Shown in pieces: positions 25,460 to 36,634 of a DNA stretch of 64,000 bases. Numbering within the stretch: position 1 is the stretch's first letter; the number at the start of each line of letters is the position of its first letter. A program made the translations under genes and the position numbers. The stretch spans positions 86,616,001 to 86,680,000 of the forward strand of contig OZ076409.1 in assembly GCA_964187785.1 (NCBI GenBank), in the 5' to 3' direction. Source of the stretch: Amphiscolops sp. MND2022 (taxonomy: Eukaryota). A model generated the notes under the pieces. The model searched no databases. It was given only the letters and a program-made list of their open reading frames with translations, and had not been told where the DNA came from.

Positions 25460-28090
25460 TGGATGAAAGTTAAAATCAATTTTGGCCTTTAATAGTAGTA
25501 GTAATTGAAGAATAGACTTCAGCGTTTAGCCCTAGGAGGTGTCCCCTTTTGATAATCCGAGTACTAAATTGGTCACCGTTTTTTAAAGATCTTCCAAATC
25601 TGCATAAAAGCCTCTATGTACATTGTATTTCTTTCGAGAAAAGGTGTGGTAGATTCAGACTTCGTTTGGTGAAAGTTTTGGAGAAAAGAGGGACATTCGC
25701 AGTTAAATTCATTGTAGAGTCTCTTTGTGCGGGAAAGATGTCATCTGTCTTTTGGAGTCAAGACTGGGCTATTGGTAGCTCTCCTTTCCGAAACTGCCTG
25801 GTTGAATCATAGGCATCTGGTAAGGTTTCATTGAGTACTACGTCATACTTGTCATTAAGCATAGCAAGTAATATCAGCATTACCACGTAGAGACTGAACA
25901 GGCGGAGGTTTAGTTCTTTCATTCTTTCGTAATAGAATATTTTTGGTCTTAAGATCGAACGAGCCATGTATGGGAGGCATATGTTACGATGGGGTCTACG
26001 TAGCCAATGTTTGCATTCATTTTCGTTATGATGCATTTCCGTGAAAGTCTCCGTTTAATTAGGAAAAAAGCACCCATTGCTTTGGGTGCAGGTTGGTTAC
26101 TGTTTTCATACCAGTTAAGGTTGTTTCTGGTAATGACTCCTAAGTGGCAATTGAGATTCCCAAGCAACAGTTGAGAGGGGTTTTTTCATTACGGTAGCGA
26201 TTTGTTCTGCTCGCAGATTGAGAAGAGTCAATTTCTTGATATTGGGCATCATTTTGTTTGCTTTCAACCAATTTTTTATTTTTACTGTTGAATACTCCAG
26301 CTGAATTTGTTCTCGGCTTATGAATTTGAAGTCATCTGCCTAGCTCAAGCTATCAACTTACTTCAATGATTCAGGGAGATCGTTTGTGAACAGCAGAAAG
26401 CGGAGAGGACCCAAGAGAGACCCCTGTGGGACACCAGTCATCACTGCCTTTGGGGAAGACTTGCTGTCCTCAATACGGACGTATAGTTTTCTATCAGCCA
26501 AATACAATTTTATTTCTGAAAACAGCTTTCCACCAATTCCATAGTTTTCGATTTGCTGAATCAGGATGTTGTGTGGGGCAGTTTTAAAAACGCCGGCAAA
26601 TTCGAGATTTGATGCAGCTAGGCGGTTTGCTTCTACCTTGTCATCGAATTCATGTATTCGGTCAAGGAACAATAATACTTTGACTGTCGCCGATCTCCAT
26701 TTGCAAACTACAAAATGACAAAATGACTTTCTTGTGGTTTGTCTTTGGTATGCTTGTATATACCGTCAAATACAATTTTTTCCAGTATTATTGAGCAGCA
26801 ACTTAGTAAACTGATCGGTCTGTAGCAACTTATGTCAGCTTTGTTGCCTTCTTTGAATAGTGATGTCACTTGACAGAGTTTCTATATCTCTGGAAAATTG
26901 CCTTCAATGACAAATGTTCTGAAGATGAGAGTTCATGATTTGCTGAGAGTGCAGTGTTGTTCCTTTAGGACAAGGTTTCCGATCTTGACATGATCCATGG
27001 ATTTGTTCACATTTAGATGCTAGATGTCACTAATTTGATACTATTTTACTTTGAGTCGCTCCAGAGGTGCCGGTTCAGACATACTGTCAAGTTTCATTTA
27101 ACTTTTGCTAAATATACTAACAAAGTAATCATTGAAACGTTCCCATTTTTCATTACTATTGGTTGAGGCACTTAGGCCATTACTCACAAGAGGCATGATA
27201 GCTGTTGCTTTCCGAACACATTTGTGATACTTTTGTCGAAATGAACCTCGAAAATTGAGGTCTTTTCATCATTTGAGGGATCTGGCAGAGTGAGTTTTTC
27301 TTTCTAAACTAGCTAATGACAACCTAGAAATTTCCTTGAACTTCTAATGACAAACAAAAAAATAAGGATACCCACCCTGTCAACACGGCTTGTAGCTACC
27401 ACAGATGCCCTTGGGATTTTTTTCCGTGTCACAAGTGATGCGCTAAGCTTCTTTGTGATTTACGAGAGAAAACCTTTTTCTCAGAATTTTAGTTCTGAAA
27501 CTTTTTTTCTTTCTTATTCTTCAAGCCATCTTCGGTGATGTGGATTCCGTCACCATTTGAGACATCTTTTTTGCCAAGGTAGTGGCCAACTCCTTTGAAC
27601 TTCCAAGAATATTTTTTGCTGAGATCTAGAAGGAGGTTGTTGGCATCTTTTGTTCTGTTCGATTCGTCGTGTTGCGGTGGAAGGTCAAGAACGCAGGTTT
27701 CTTCTGCCCGATTGATCTATACGTTGGCGAGGTCTGTCAAGTCTTCACAATATCTTTTGCAGATCGATCTGATATCTTGCCACCTTGTAGAAACAATCGT
27801 TGTCACTAATAAACAAATTCATTATTGAGTATCTCTCGGGTGGCAAGAAGTCGTGGCAGTTTCTGATTCTGTATCCTGGCAGCGATAGGACGTAGATGAC
27901 TCCACTCATCAGTTCAACTGTCTCAAGGTCTTCAGTTCGCTTCGAAAGCTGGGCCTTCTTCTGCTCTACTTGTGAGTCTGAGAAAAGAAGAAAGCTGCTG
28001 TCGGCTTTCATCAGGACGTTGATTCTCATTTACTACGTCATTGACCTAATAACAAATCAATGGTATTAGAGATGTTCGCTTTGTTTGAGG
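25460..28090 (-). mobile_element. Decayed CR1/L2-like LINE (copy in unit 3)
   Basis: Paralogous to 11960-14600. Confidence 0.75.
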
Positions 28091-31000
28091 GAAACCACGG
28101 CTTTTCTCGATTTCAATAATCAGAACAATCTTATTTAATGAGTTGTTTTAGCCGTTTTTTGAGTTAGATTGTACTTGGCTTAAATTGGGTTGCCAGTTGG
28201 CCTAGAAATTGATAAGGTATTTTGAGATCGAATTTTTGTGTGATCGAAAAACGAGATCGAAATGAATCAAAACGTTTGAGATCGAGTTGTTCCAATTTTG
28301 CTAAGTTTTTGCACCCTGCAAAACGTTCGAAAGCGTTTAAAACGATTTACGTACTTTTCCCCACATAATATGGTGACATATCCCGTGTACTACATTTTTC
28401 ATTACTATTGGTTGAGACACTTAAGCCATTACTCACAATAGTTTCTAGTGTTTTAAGTACTATTTGGCCTCCTTCTCTACTCTACACTAATCAAGTATTA
28501 ATGTTTCAACATTCAACTGCTAGAAGTGCAGGTATTCTAAACCCAGGTAATTTAGCAATCATACCCGAACATATTATTATGGTGAGATTATTTTTGGTAC
28601 ACAAACTTTCAATTGTAAATAGTGATCACGATGAAATTAAGGCAATCTACATACAATATGCTAGACAATCCTCAGTCAGTATTTTTAAGAAGGAGGTGGA
28701 TGAGTATTGCAGGCACTTATGGCAACGAGAAATAAAGCAAGGTCTTTATGTACTCAAACTACTCAGGGCTTAAAGTAAGAAACAGCATCATAAAAATGCT
28801 TGCACCATATCCTAGGAAAGTTTCTGTCAAAACGCTACGTGTTCTAATGAATGATTTTGAAGTACGCGAAATATTATTCAGAAGTAAAAAGAGCAAAACC
28901 GATATTTGTCCCTATTGTAGAGTTGTTGGTGATACTGCACATTTCTTGTTTTCCTGTGTCTCATATCAAGAACACCGATGGAGTTTCATTAAGGAGCTTC
29001 AAAATCAAAACATTGACGAAACGCTAGTTGGTTTGCTAAATTGCGAAAACAAGCATGTTATAAACGCGTTGGCTGGCTTTATTGCAAGCATCAATTAGTT
29101 CTTATAACTCTGCAATCCTCACTTGTCTTCCTTCATGTGTCAATTCTATTTATACTATTTACTTTGTTCTGGAATCAATGATAGAAAGTCATTTGTACTG
29201 CCACATCTCGAAGGTTTTTCGATCTCTTCTTCTTCTTCTAGCCGATGTATGCACGCTCGCCCTCACCGTCGCAAAGATCAGCTCCCACTACGATCGCTTC
29301 GCTATTTCCGTTCCCTTTGGTCTTTGCTCCCGTTCGACCTCGCCAAGCCAGATGGGAACATAAGAAGGTCCCAAGGGGCCGCGGGGCACTAGAAGAAATG
29401 GGGTCATACACGAGGGCTAAATATATGGGTATTTGAAAACGCTAGGTTATTTGAAAACACTGACTCAATCTCATTTTCTTTGATCTTTTTACTTCGATCT
29501 CATTGACAGATTACTAATTCGCGCAAATTGATTGGATCCAAACATCCACCGCCCTAAAACTTTTCAGCCTAATAACTCGATGAAAATTTAGGTCGAATGA
29601 CTTTGGGCCAAGTGACTTGTGACCTACCACGAAACCTAACCAATTGAGGGTATACCGTATTTGGGTGTGTTCCAATCTCCCCAAAAACCAAATCTTCTCT
29701 TAATTTCATTAGCCAAATCGGCCACATCGACTCTAGATTTCATCTACCCAAACATTAATGGAACCCCTGGAACAATACTTGCTCTTTGCAGTGTGATTTG
29801 GTTTATAATTGTTCCCTGCAGTGATGTTACTCATAACTGAAGAGTACTCTTTATTCTATGGAATGCCAGAGTGGTCCACCAATTTATTTTAATGAATTGT
29901 TGACCAAAAATTCACTAAGCTTTGGCCAGAACACGAATAAATAGCGCTTCCACTGTCAGCAAATGCTTCAGATTGTGAAGTTCTATGTTTCAGATTTCTT
30001 TTCGCATCCACAACTATTACTGTTTGTTGGGACTAACTTTCTTTGCAACTCGACAATCAGCTTGAATTATGATGTTTTTTTATTTGGTTCTGTCGGTCTA
30101 CTGGAATAGTGGCAGGCATGACCTGTTTCCGTCAAACCCGCCCAAGATTTGATTTCTTGGATGGATGACAAACATTCGAGAGTTTTTAACGCCCATCAAG
30201 GTAAATGCGTCTCAACGGCTGTACATCGTTCCTTGTAAGAAGAACCTGGGCCTGAAACTTGATGATCAACAGCTTGAACGGGACGGTTTTTCCGGTCTTT
30301 CTTCACCAAGAGTACTGCTCGCTTCTCACGTCATGCCACTCCCAATTCTCCCATAAAGCAGACATTGTGATCACTCGACTTGCCTTCAATGCTCGAACCC
30401 CGTGGACTGTATTGAACTGATGCCAACCGCTCAGAGGGTGTTACCATGATTCCTGTGGAAATGGGTGAACAGCTGGTGTGAGATGTCACGGTTGTGGATG
30501 CACTTGCACCCAGTAGTCTGAATCAAGACTCCTCATGGAACGGGGGAACCACCGCCACAGAGGCTGAAGCGCGTAGAATCGCGAGGTATCGCGAATTAAT
30601 AGACGATGAATACACTTTTCAACCGGTGGCCGTGGAAATACAGGGTTCATTAGGCGAGAGCAGTCAAATATAAAGTGCTCGGACGTTCGCAGACGATCAA
30701 CGAGCTGGCAGTTTTTTGAAGCAACGGATTTCAATGGCTCTTCAGATCGACAATGCGACTTGTGTTCTTGGAACTGTAAGCGACTGAAGATGCGTTCGAA
30801 AAATTGTTTTAGGTATAGAACCAGTTTGTAGAAAACCAGTTAGTAGAGAATTGAGGTCCATTTTGTACATTTTCTTTCTTCAAACTGGATCATGGTATTG
30901 TTTTGAATAAGGTCCGTTTTGTAGAAAACCAGTTTGTAAGAATCATCAGTTCCAAAAAAAACAAAAAGACCAATAATGCAGGAATGATGCAAAGTATAAA

Positions 31001-33199
31001 ACGTGCCTCGGACATGTCCCCATTTCCTCTAGTGCCCCGCAGCCCCTTGGGGCTGCTTATGTTCTCATCTTGGTAACCGAGGTTGAACAGGAGCAAAGAC
31101 CTAGCGGGAACGGAGATCGCGAAGTGATCATAGTGGAAGCTGGTCTTTGCGACGGTGAGGACGAGCGTACATACACTGGATATGCCCCACATTTCAATTT
31201 TTAGATCTTATTCCTTTAGATCTTAGGCAGTGGAGCTCTCTGGATCTTGTGTCAAGGATGTTCAGTTTGTAGAATTTACTGATCCAATTTGTAGAAATTT
31301 TTCATGCCGAAACGTCCCGTATTATCTTGGTTTTGTTTTTGGTTTTTGTTTTTGGTTTTCTACAAACTTCTTAGGTCCAGTTTGTAGAATTCTGGAATTG
31401 AAGAACAACGATAAGACCATTAACGTAGGAATAATACAAAGCATAAAATGTGCCTCGGATATGTCCCCATTTCCTCTAGTGCCCCGCGGCCCCTCGGGGC
31501 CGCTTGTATTCCCATCTTGCTAAGCGAGTTCGAACAGGAGCAAAGACCTAGCGGGAGCGGAGATCGCGAACTGATCGTAGCGGGAGCTGGTCTTTGCGAC
31601 GGTGAGGGCGAGCGTGCATACACCGGATATGCCCCACTTATCATACGAAACGTTTCGGCAAATGTTTTTAGCCTGAGACGTTTCGGCATATTTTTTTTCC
31701 GAAACGTCCGCCGCCATGTTTTTGCAGAAACGTCCAGAATTCATTCCTTCGTGTTCAGAGAGAGCTCTAATTCTGGATTCCAGTAAGCGTTCAAAGAGTA
31801 AGCGTGATTGGTCGGTATGATGATGGACTGGAGTAGTTTGATTTTTCGGGCTTTCTGGTAAAGTTGAATTTTTAGTGGGTGTCTGTAAATAGGTTGAATT
31901 TTTCTGGTAGAAACCACTGAGGTCGAACCTTTCGATCGAATTGCAGGGATCGAATGAAATGCGGTCGAAATTTATTGTATTTGTTGTATGGCTCGGTCGC
32001 TTTGCTCCTTCCGCCAAGTAGCAACATTGAGGCATGGCAAAATGGCACGTCGCTCCGCTTCGCTTCGCTCCTGCATTCAGGGCACTACGGGTATGTGAAC
32101 ATCTGACTACGTTATAAAAATTTCGATCCGAGTTGTTTCGATCCCATTCAAAAATTTGGTATGTCGACCTGAGGAGTAACTCTGATTTTTGATCCCATTC
32201 CTTCGACCTACTTCCGCCCACCCCTTTTTAGTTACCCACGGCCACGTTTTCTCTTCCATACTTTTGTTGAAGAGCTGTAGCAATAGTTCCCGGAAGTTGG
32301 GTCCAGATCTCTTCAGCATTTTGGGGTGTATACAATCCTTGTCGATTGCTTTGTTGCTTGTAGGGAGGGTCCTGATTGCATGGTTTAACTCCTGCCATGT
32401 CAGAGAATCGTTACACCAGTGCATTTCGTCATCTGTTTGCAACGACCTTTTCTCAACTTCTTTATTTATTTTATCGTAGAATTTGTCATCGACTTTCATT
32501 TGAGTCAGATGTTTTCCGGTGAAGAAGGTCTGTCTCAAAAGTTCCGCCTTTTCACTGTTTTCGAACAAATCACCATAATATGTTGGCGTATGATTGCTAA
32601 ATTACCTGGGTTTAGAATATCTGCACTTCTAGCAGCTGAATGTAGAAACATTAATACTTGATTAGTGTAGAGTAGAGAAGGAGGCCAAATATTACTTAAA
32701 ACACTAGAAACTATTGTGAGTAATGGCTTAAGTGTCTCAACCAATAGTAATGAAAAATGTAGTACACGGGATATGACACCATATTATGTGGGGAAAAGTA
32801 CGTAAAACGTTTTAAACGCTTTCGAACGCTTTGCAGGGTGCAAAAACTTAGCGAAATTGGAACAACTCGATCTCAAACGTTTTGATTCATTTCAATCTCG
32901 CTTTTCAATCACACAAAAATTCGATCTCAATGCGACGGTGAGGGCGATCCGGCATACACAGCATATGCCCCACATTATAATAGTCAATCGACTTGATGCA
33001 AACAAAGAACGTTTTCGACCCGTTCGATCAAATTCGACCGATCAAAAAAGGCTTTGATCTAATTCGACCGCAGTCCATTCGATCCCTGCAATTCGATCAA
33101 ATGGTTCGACATCTGTCCTCTCGACCAGAAAATTTCGACCTATTTACAGCCAACGATTTACAATTGAAGGTTTTGGTACCAAAAATAATCTCACCATAA

Positions 33200-36040
33200 C
33201 ATATATATATGTTTACATTTATATTTGATCTTCTCAACTTTTGGTTTTCACTGTTTCTGGGTGTTAGGATTTTTGTAGCGTCTACAAATTTAATTATTTC
33301 TTTTATCCACTCTTCATCGTGTATGTCAGGGTTCATGTACATCTTTGTTCTCAGGGGTGGCTGTGTCTCCTGCATTCAAAGAGAAAGTGTCTGCTTTTTG
33401 GCAGTGACAATTTGGAGAAGGCACTAGACTGCACTGATAGGCGAAATTTGCTAAGCCTATGCATCGATCCAAGAAAATTTTATGTAAGGTTTTCTGCATC
33501 ACTAGAGGACAAGACATAGGCATAGCGATGGAAGAAATTTTCACTTGCTTCACTTGCACTGGTATAAAGGCATTGTGTTCAGAGTTTTTAATTCTGTGGT
33601 TCCACTTGAACTCGATGTACTTGACCACATCTGCTCTGCTATAGTCTCTTCTTTCACTATGCGTGATCTTTTCGAACTCCTTCATTATTGCAATGTCTTG
33701 TTTGATTTTTCTGTCAAGTGTTTCTAGTGTGCATCTCCCTAAATCGTCGTTCGATTGCATGACTTTTTTGCTGAATCTGGTTGTTATCGTCTCGCAACGT
33801 AGAGCTACTGGCGGTGTTCCTGCGATATTTTCCGTCATGCTGTTGTTGCTGGATGTGGGTACACCCAGTGCTTGCTTGATTGTCTTGTTGATTGCGCTAT
33901 TCAGGGTATTAGGGTTTCTTAGTGCCCATAGTGGCGCTGCATACAAAATTTTTGGAACTAAAACCTGATTGAAGAGCCTGATTAGCGTTTGCGGACTCAA
34001 CCGCCACTTCTGTCCTACAAGTTTATCCATTGTCTGGAAGTGATGCAAGGCTCGTCCCTTCATAACATTTGCATGCGATTTGAATGTCAGCTTTGAGTCA
34101 AATGTTACACCAAGTATGTTACAGCTTTCCAAAATTTTCACAGCTTCAGATCCGATCACGTGAGATTTTATGTTAATTGGAACTAGTATCATTTTGTCCA
34201 CATTCATTTTCAAACTCCACTTGTGAACCATTGAAAAACTTCAGAAGGCCTACTTCTGTTCTTTGGTGTAATTCTGTCGTTGAACTTGCGCTTATCAGGA
34301 GATTTCCATCATCTGCGAATTTGAACTTGTCGGCATCGATTCCTCTAAACATTTCTAAGACAAGAATTCAAACATAAGTGATGTTAGTACCGCTCCTCGT
34401 GGAACTCCAATAGCTGTCTTGAATTCTTCGCCCTGATATTCCCCAATTTCCACATATAATTGACAATTTCTGAGAAAACTTTCAATTAGACCTAATATGT
34501 TGCCTGTTATGCCAATATGATTGAGCTTCCATAGTAAGCCATTTATCCAGAGTGAGTCAAAAGCTTTCTCCAGATCTAGTAAAATTATTGTACCAAGTTG
34601 CTTTTTCAGTTTTGAGTTCTTGCATTGGAGTAGAAGCCTGTCCAGAAGTCGTACAGTACTTTTTTGTTTTCGAAATCTTTCTTGTTCCTTGTCGAGAATT
34701 CCCTCGGGAACAGGACGTTTCGGCAAAGACGTTTCGGCAAAAAAAATTCGGGACGTTTCGGCATCTTTTTCATGCCGAAACGTCCCGTATTATCTTGGTT
34801 TTGTTTTTGGTTTTTGTTTTTGGTTTTCTACAAACTTCTTAGGTCCAGTTTGTAGAATTCTGGAATTGAAGAAAAACGATAAGACCATTAACGTAGGAAT
34901 AATACAAAGCATAAAATGTGCCTCGGATATGTCCCCATTTCCTCTAGTGCCCCGCGGCCCCTCGGGGCCGCTTGTATTCCCATCTTGCTAAGCGAGGTCG
35001 AACAGGAGCAAAGACCTAGCGGGAACGGAGATCGCGAACTGATCGTAGCGAGAGCTGGTCTTTGCGACGGTGAGGGCAAGCATGCATACACCGGATATGC
35101 CCCATATATCATACGAAACGTTTCGGCTAATGTTTTTAGCCTGAGACGTTTCGGCATATTTTTTTTCCGAAACGTCCGCCGCCATGTTTTTGCCGAAACG
35201 TCCAGAATTCCTTCCCTCGTGTTCAGAGAGAGCTCTAATTCTGGATTCCAGTAAGCGTTCAAAGAGTAAGCGTGATTGGTCGGTATGATGATGGACTGGA
35301 GTAGTTTGATTTTCCGGGCTTTCTGATAAAGTTGAATTTTTAGTGGGTGGCTGTAAATAGGTTGAATTTTTCTGGTCGAAAGGACAGAGGTCGAACCTTT
35401 TGATCGAATTGCAGGGATCGAATGAAATGCGGTCGAAATTTATTGTATTTGTTGTATAGCTCGGTCGCTTCGCTCCCTCCGCCAAGTAGCAACATTGAGG
35501 CATGGCAAAATGGCACGTCGCTCCGCTTCGCTTCGCTCCTGCATTCAGGGCACTACGGGTATGTGAACATCTGACTACGTTATAAAAATTTCGATCCGAG
35601 TTGTTTCGATCCCATTCAAAAATTTGGTATGTCGACCTGAGGACTAACTCTGATTTTCGATCCCATTCCTTCGACCTATTTCCGCCCACCCATTTTTAGT
35701 TACCCACGGCCACGTTTTCTCTTCCATACATTTGTTGAAGAGCTGTGCAATAGTTCCCGGAAGTTGGGTCCTGATCTCTTCAGCATTTTGGGGTGTATAC
35801 AATCCTTGTCGATTGCTTTGTTGCTTGTAGGGAGGGTCCTGAATGCATGGTTTAACTCCTGCCATGTCAGAGAATCGTTACACCAGTGCATTTCGTCATC
35901 TGTTTGCAACGACCTTTTCTCAACTTCTTTATTTATTTTATCGTAGAATTTGTCATCGACTTTCATTTGAGTGAGATGTTTTCCGGTGAAGAAGGTCTGT
36001 CTCAAAAGTTCCGCCTTTTCACTGTTTTCGAACAAATCAG
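33200..36040 (-). mobile_element. Decayed LINE ORF2 with two nested MITEs (copy 3)
   Basis: Paralogous to 6360-9200; ORFs 33326..34231, 34355..34726 and 35700..36035. Confidence 0.85.
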
Positions 36041-36248
36041 CATAATATGTTGGCGTATGATTGCTAAATTACCTGGGTTTAGAATATCTGCACTTCTAGC
36101 AGTTGAATGTAGAAACATTAATACTTGATTAGTGTAGAGTAGAGGAGGCCAAATATTACTTAAAACACTTACTACGTGTTTCGATACTTGGTAGTAGTTG
36201 CTGGTATGGGGTTTCCTGCCGTCGTTGCAAACCATGGGTGTGTGTCTT

Positions 36249-36619
36249 CTCCCCCCAACATGATGATACACATGGTATTTGATTGATGACGAAGATCCAT
36301 GATATCTGATGGAGGGAGTAAATTAAAAAAAGTTTGTGGGTTGTTTGTTTTCGTTACTGGGATAGTGGCTGGTGTGGGGTTTCCTACTTTCGTTGCAGAC
36401 CACAGGTGTGTGTCTTCTACCCCCAACGTGATGATACACATGGCACTTCATTGATGTGGAATATCCATGATATCTGATAGGGAAAAAAAGACATGAGTAG
36501 TAGTAAAGCTTTATCGTTTATTCCGTTTCCATCTTCAGACCACGGGTGTGTGTCATCTCACCCCATGATTCGTACACGGCACTAGATTAATGACGACGAT
36601 CTATGTCATCTGAGAGTGA
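36249..36619 (+). ncRNA. Cluster of three box C/D-like small RNA candidates upstream of NDUFAF5
   Basis: C boxes ATGATGA (36260), GTGATGA (36428), ATGATTC (36565); D boxes CTGA (36306, 36474, 36610); internal C'-like TTGATGA/TTGATGT/TTAATGA; terminal stems CTCCC/GGGAG, CCC/GGG, TCAC/GTGA. No target identified. Confidence 0.4.
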
Positions 36620-36634
36620 AGAATTTCTTTTCAG

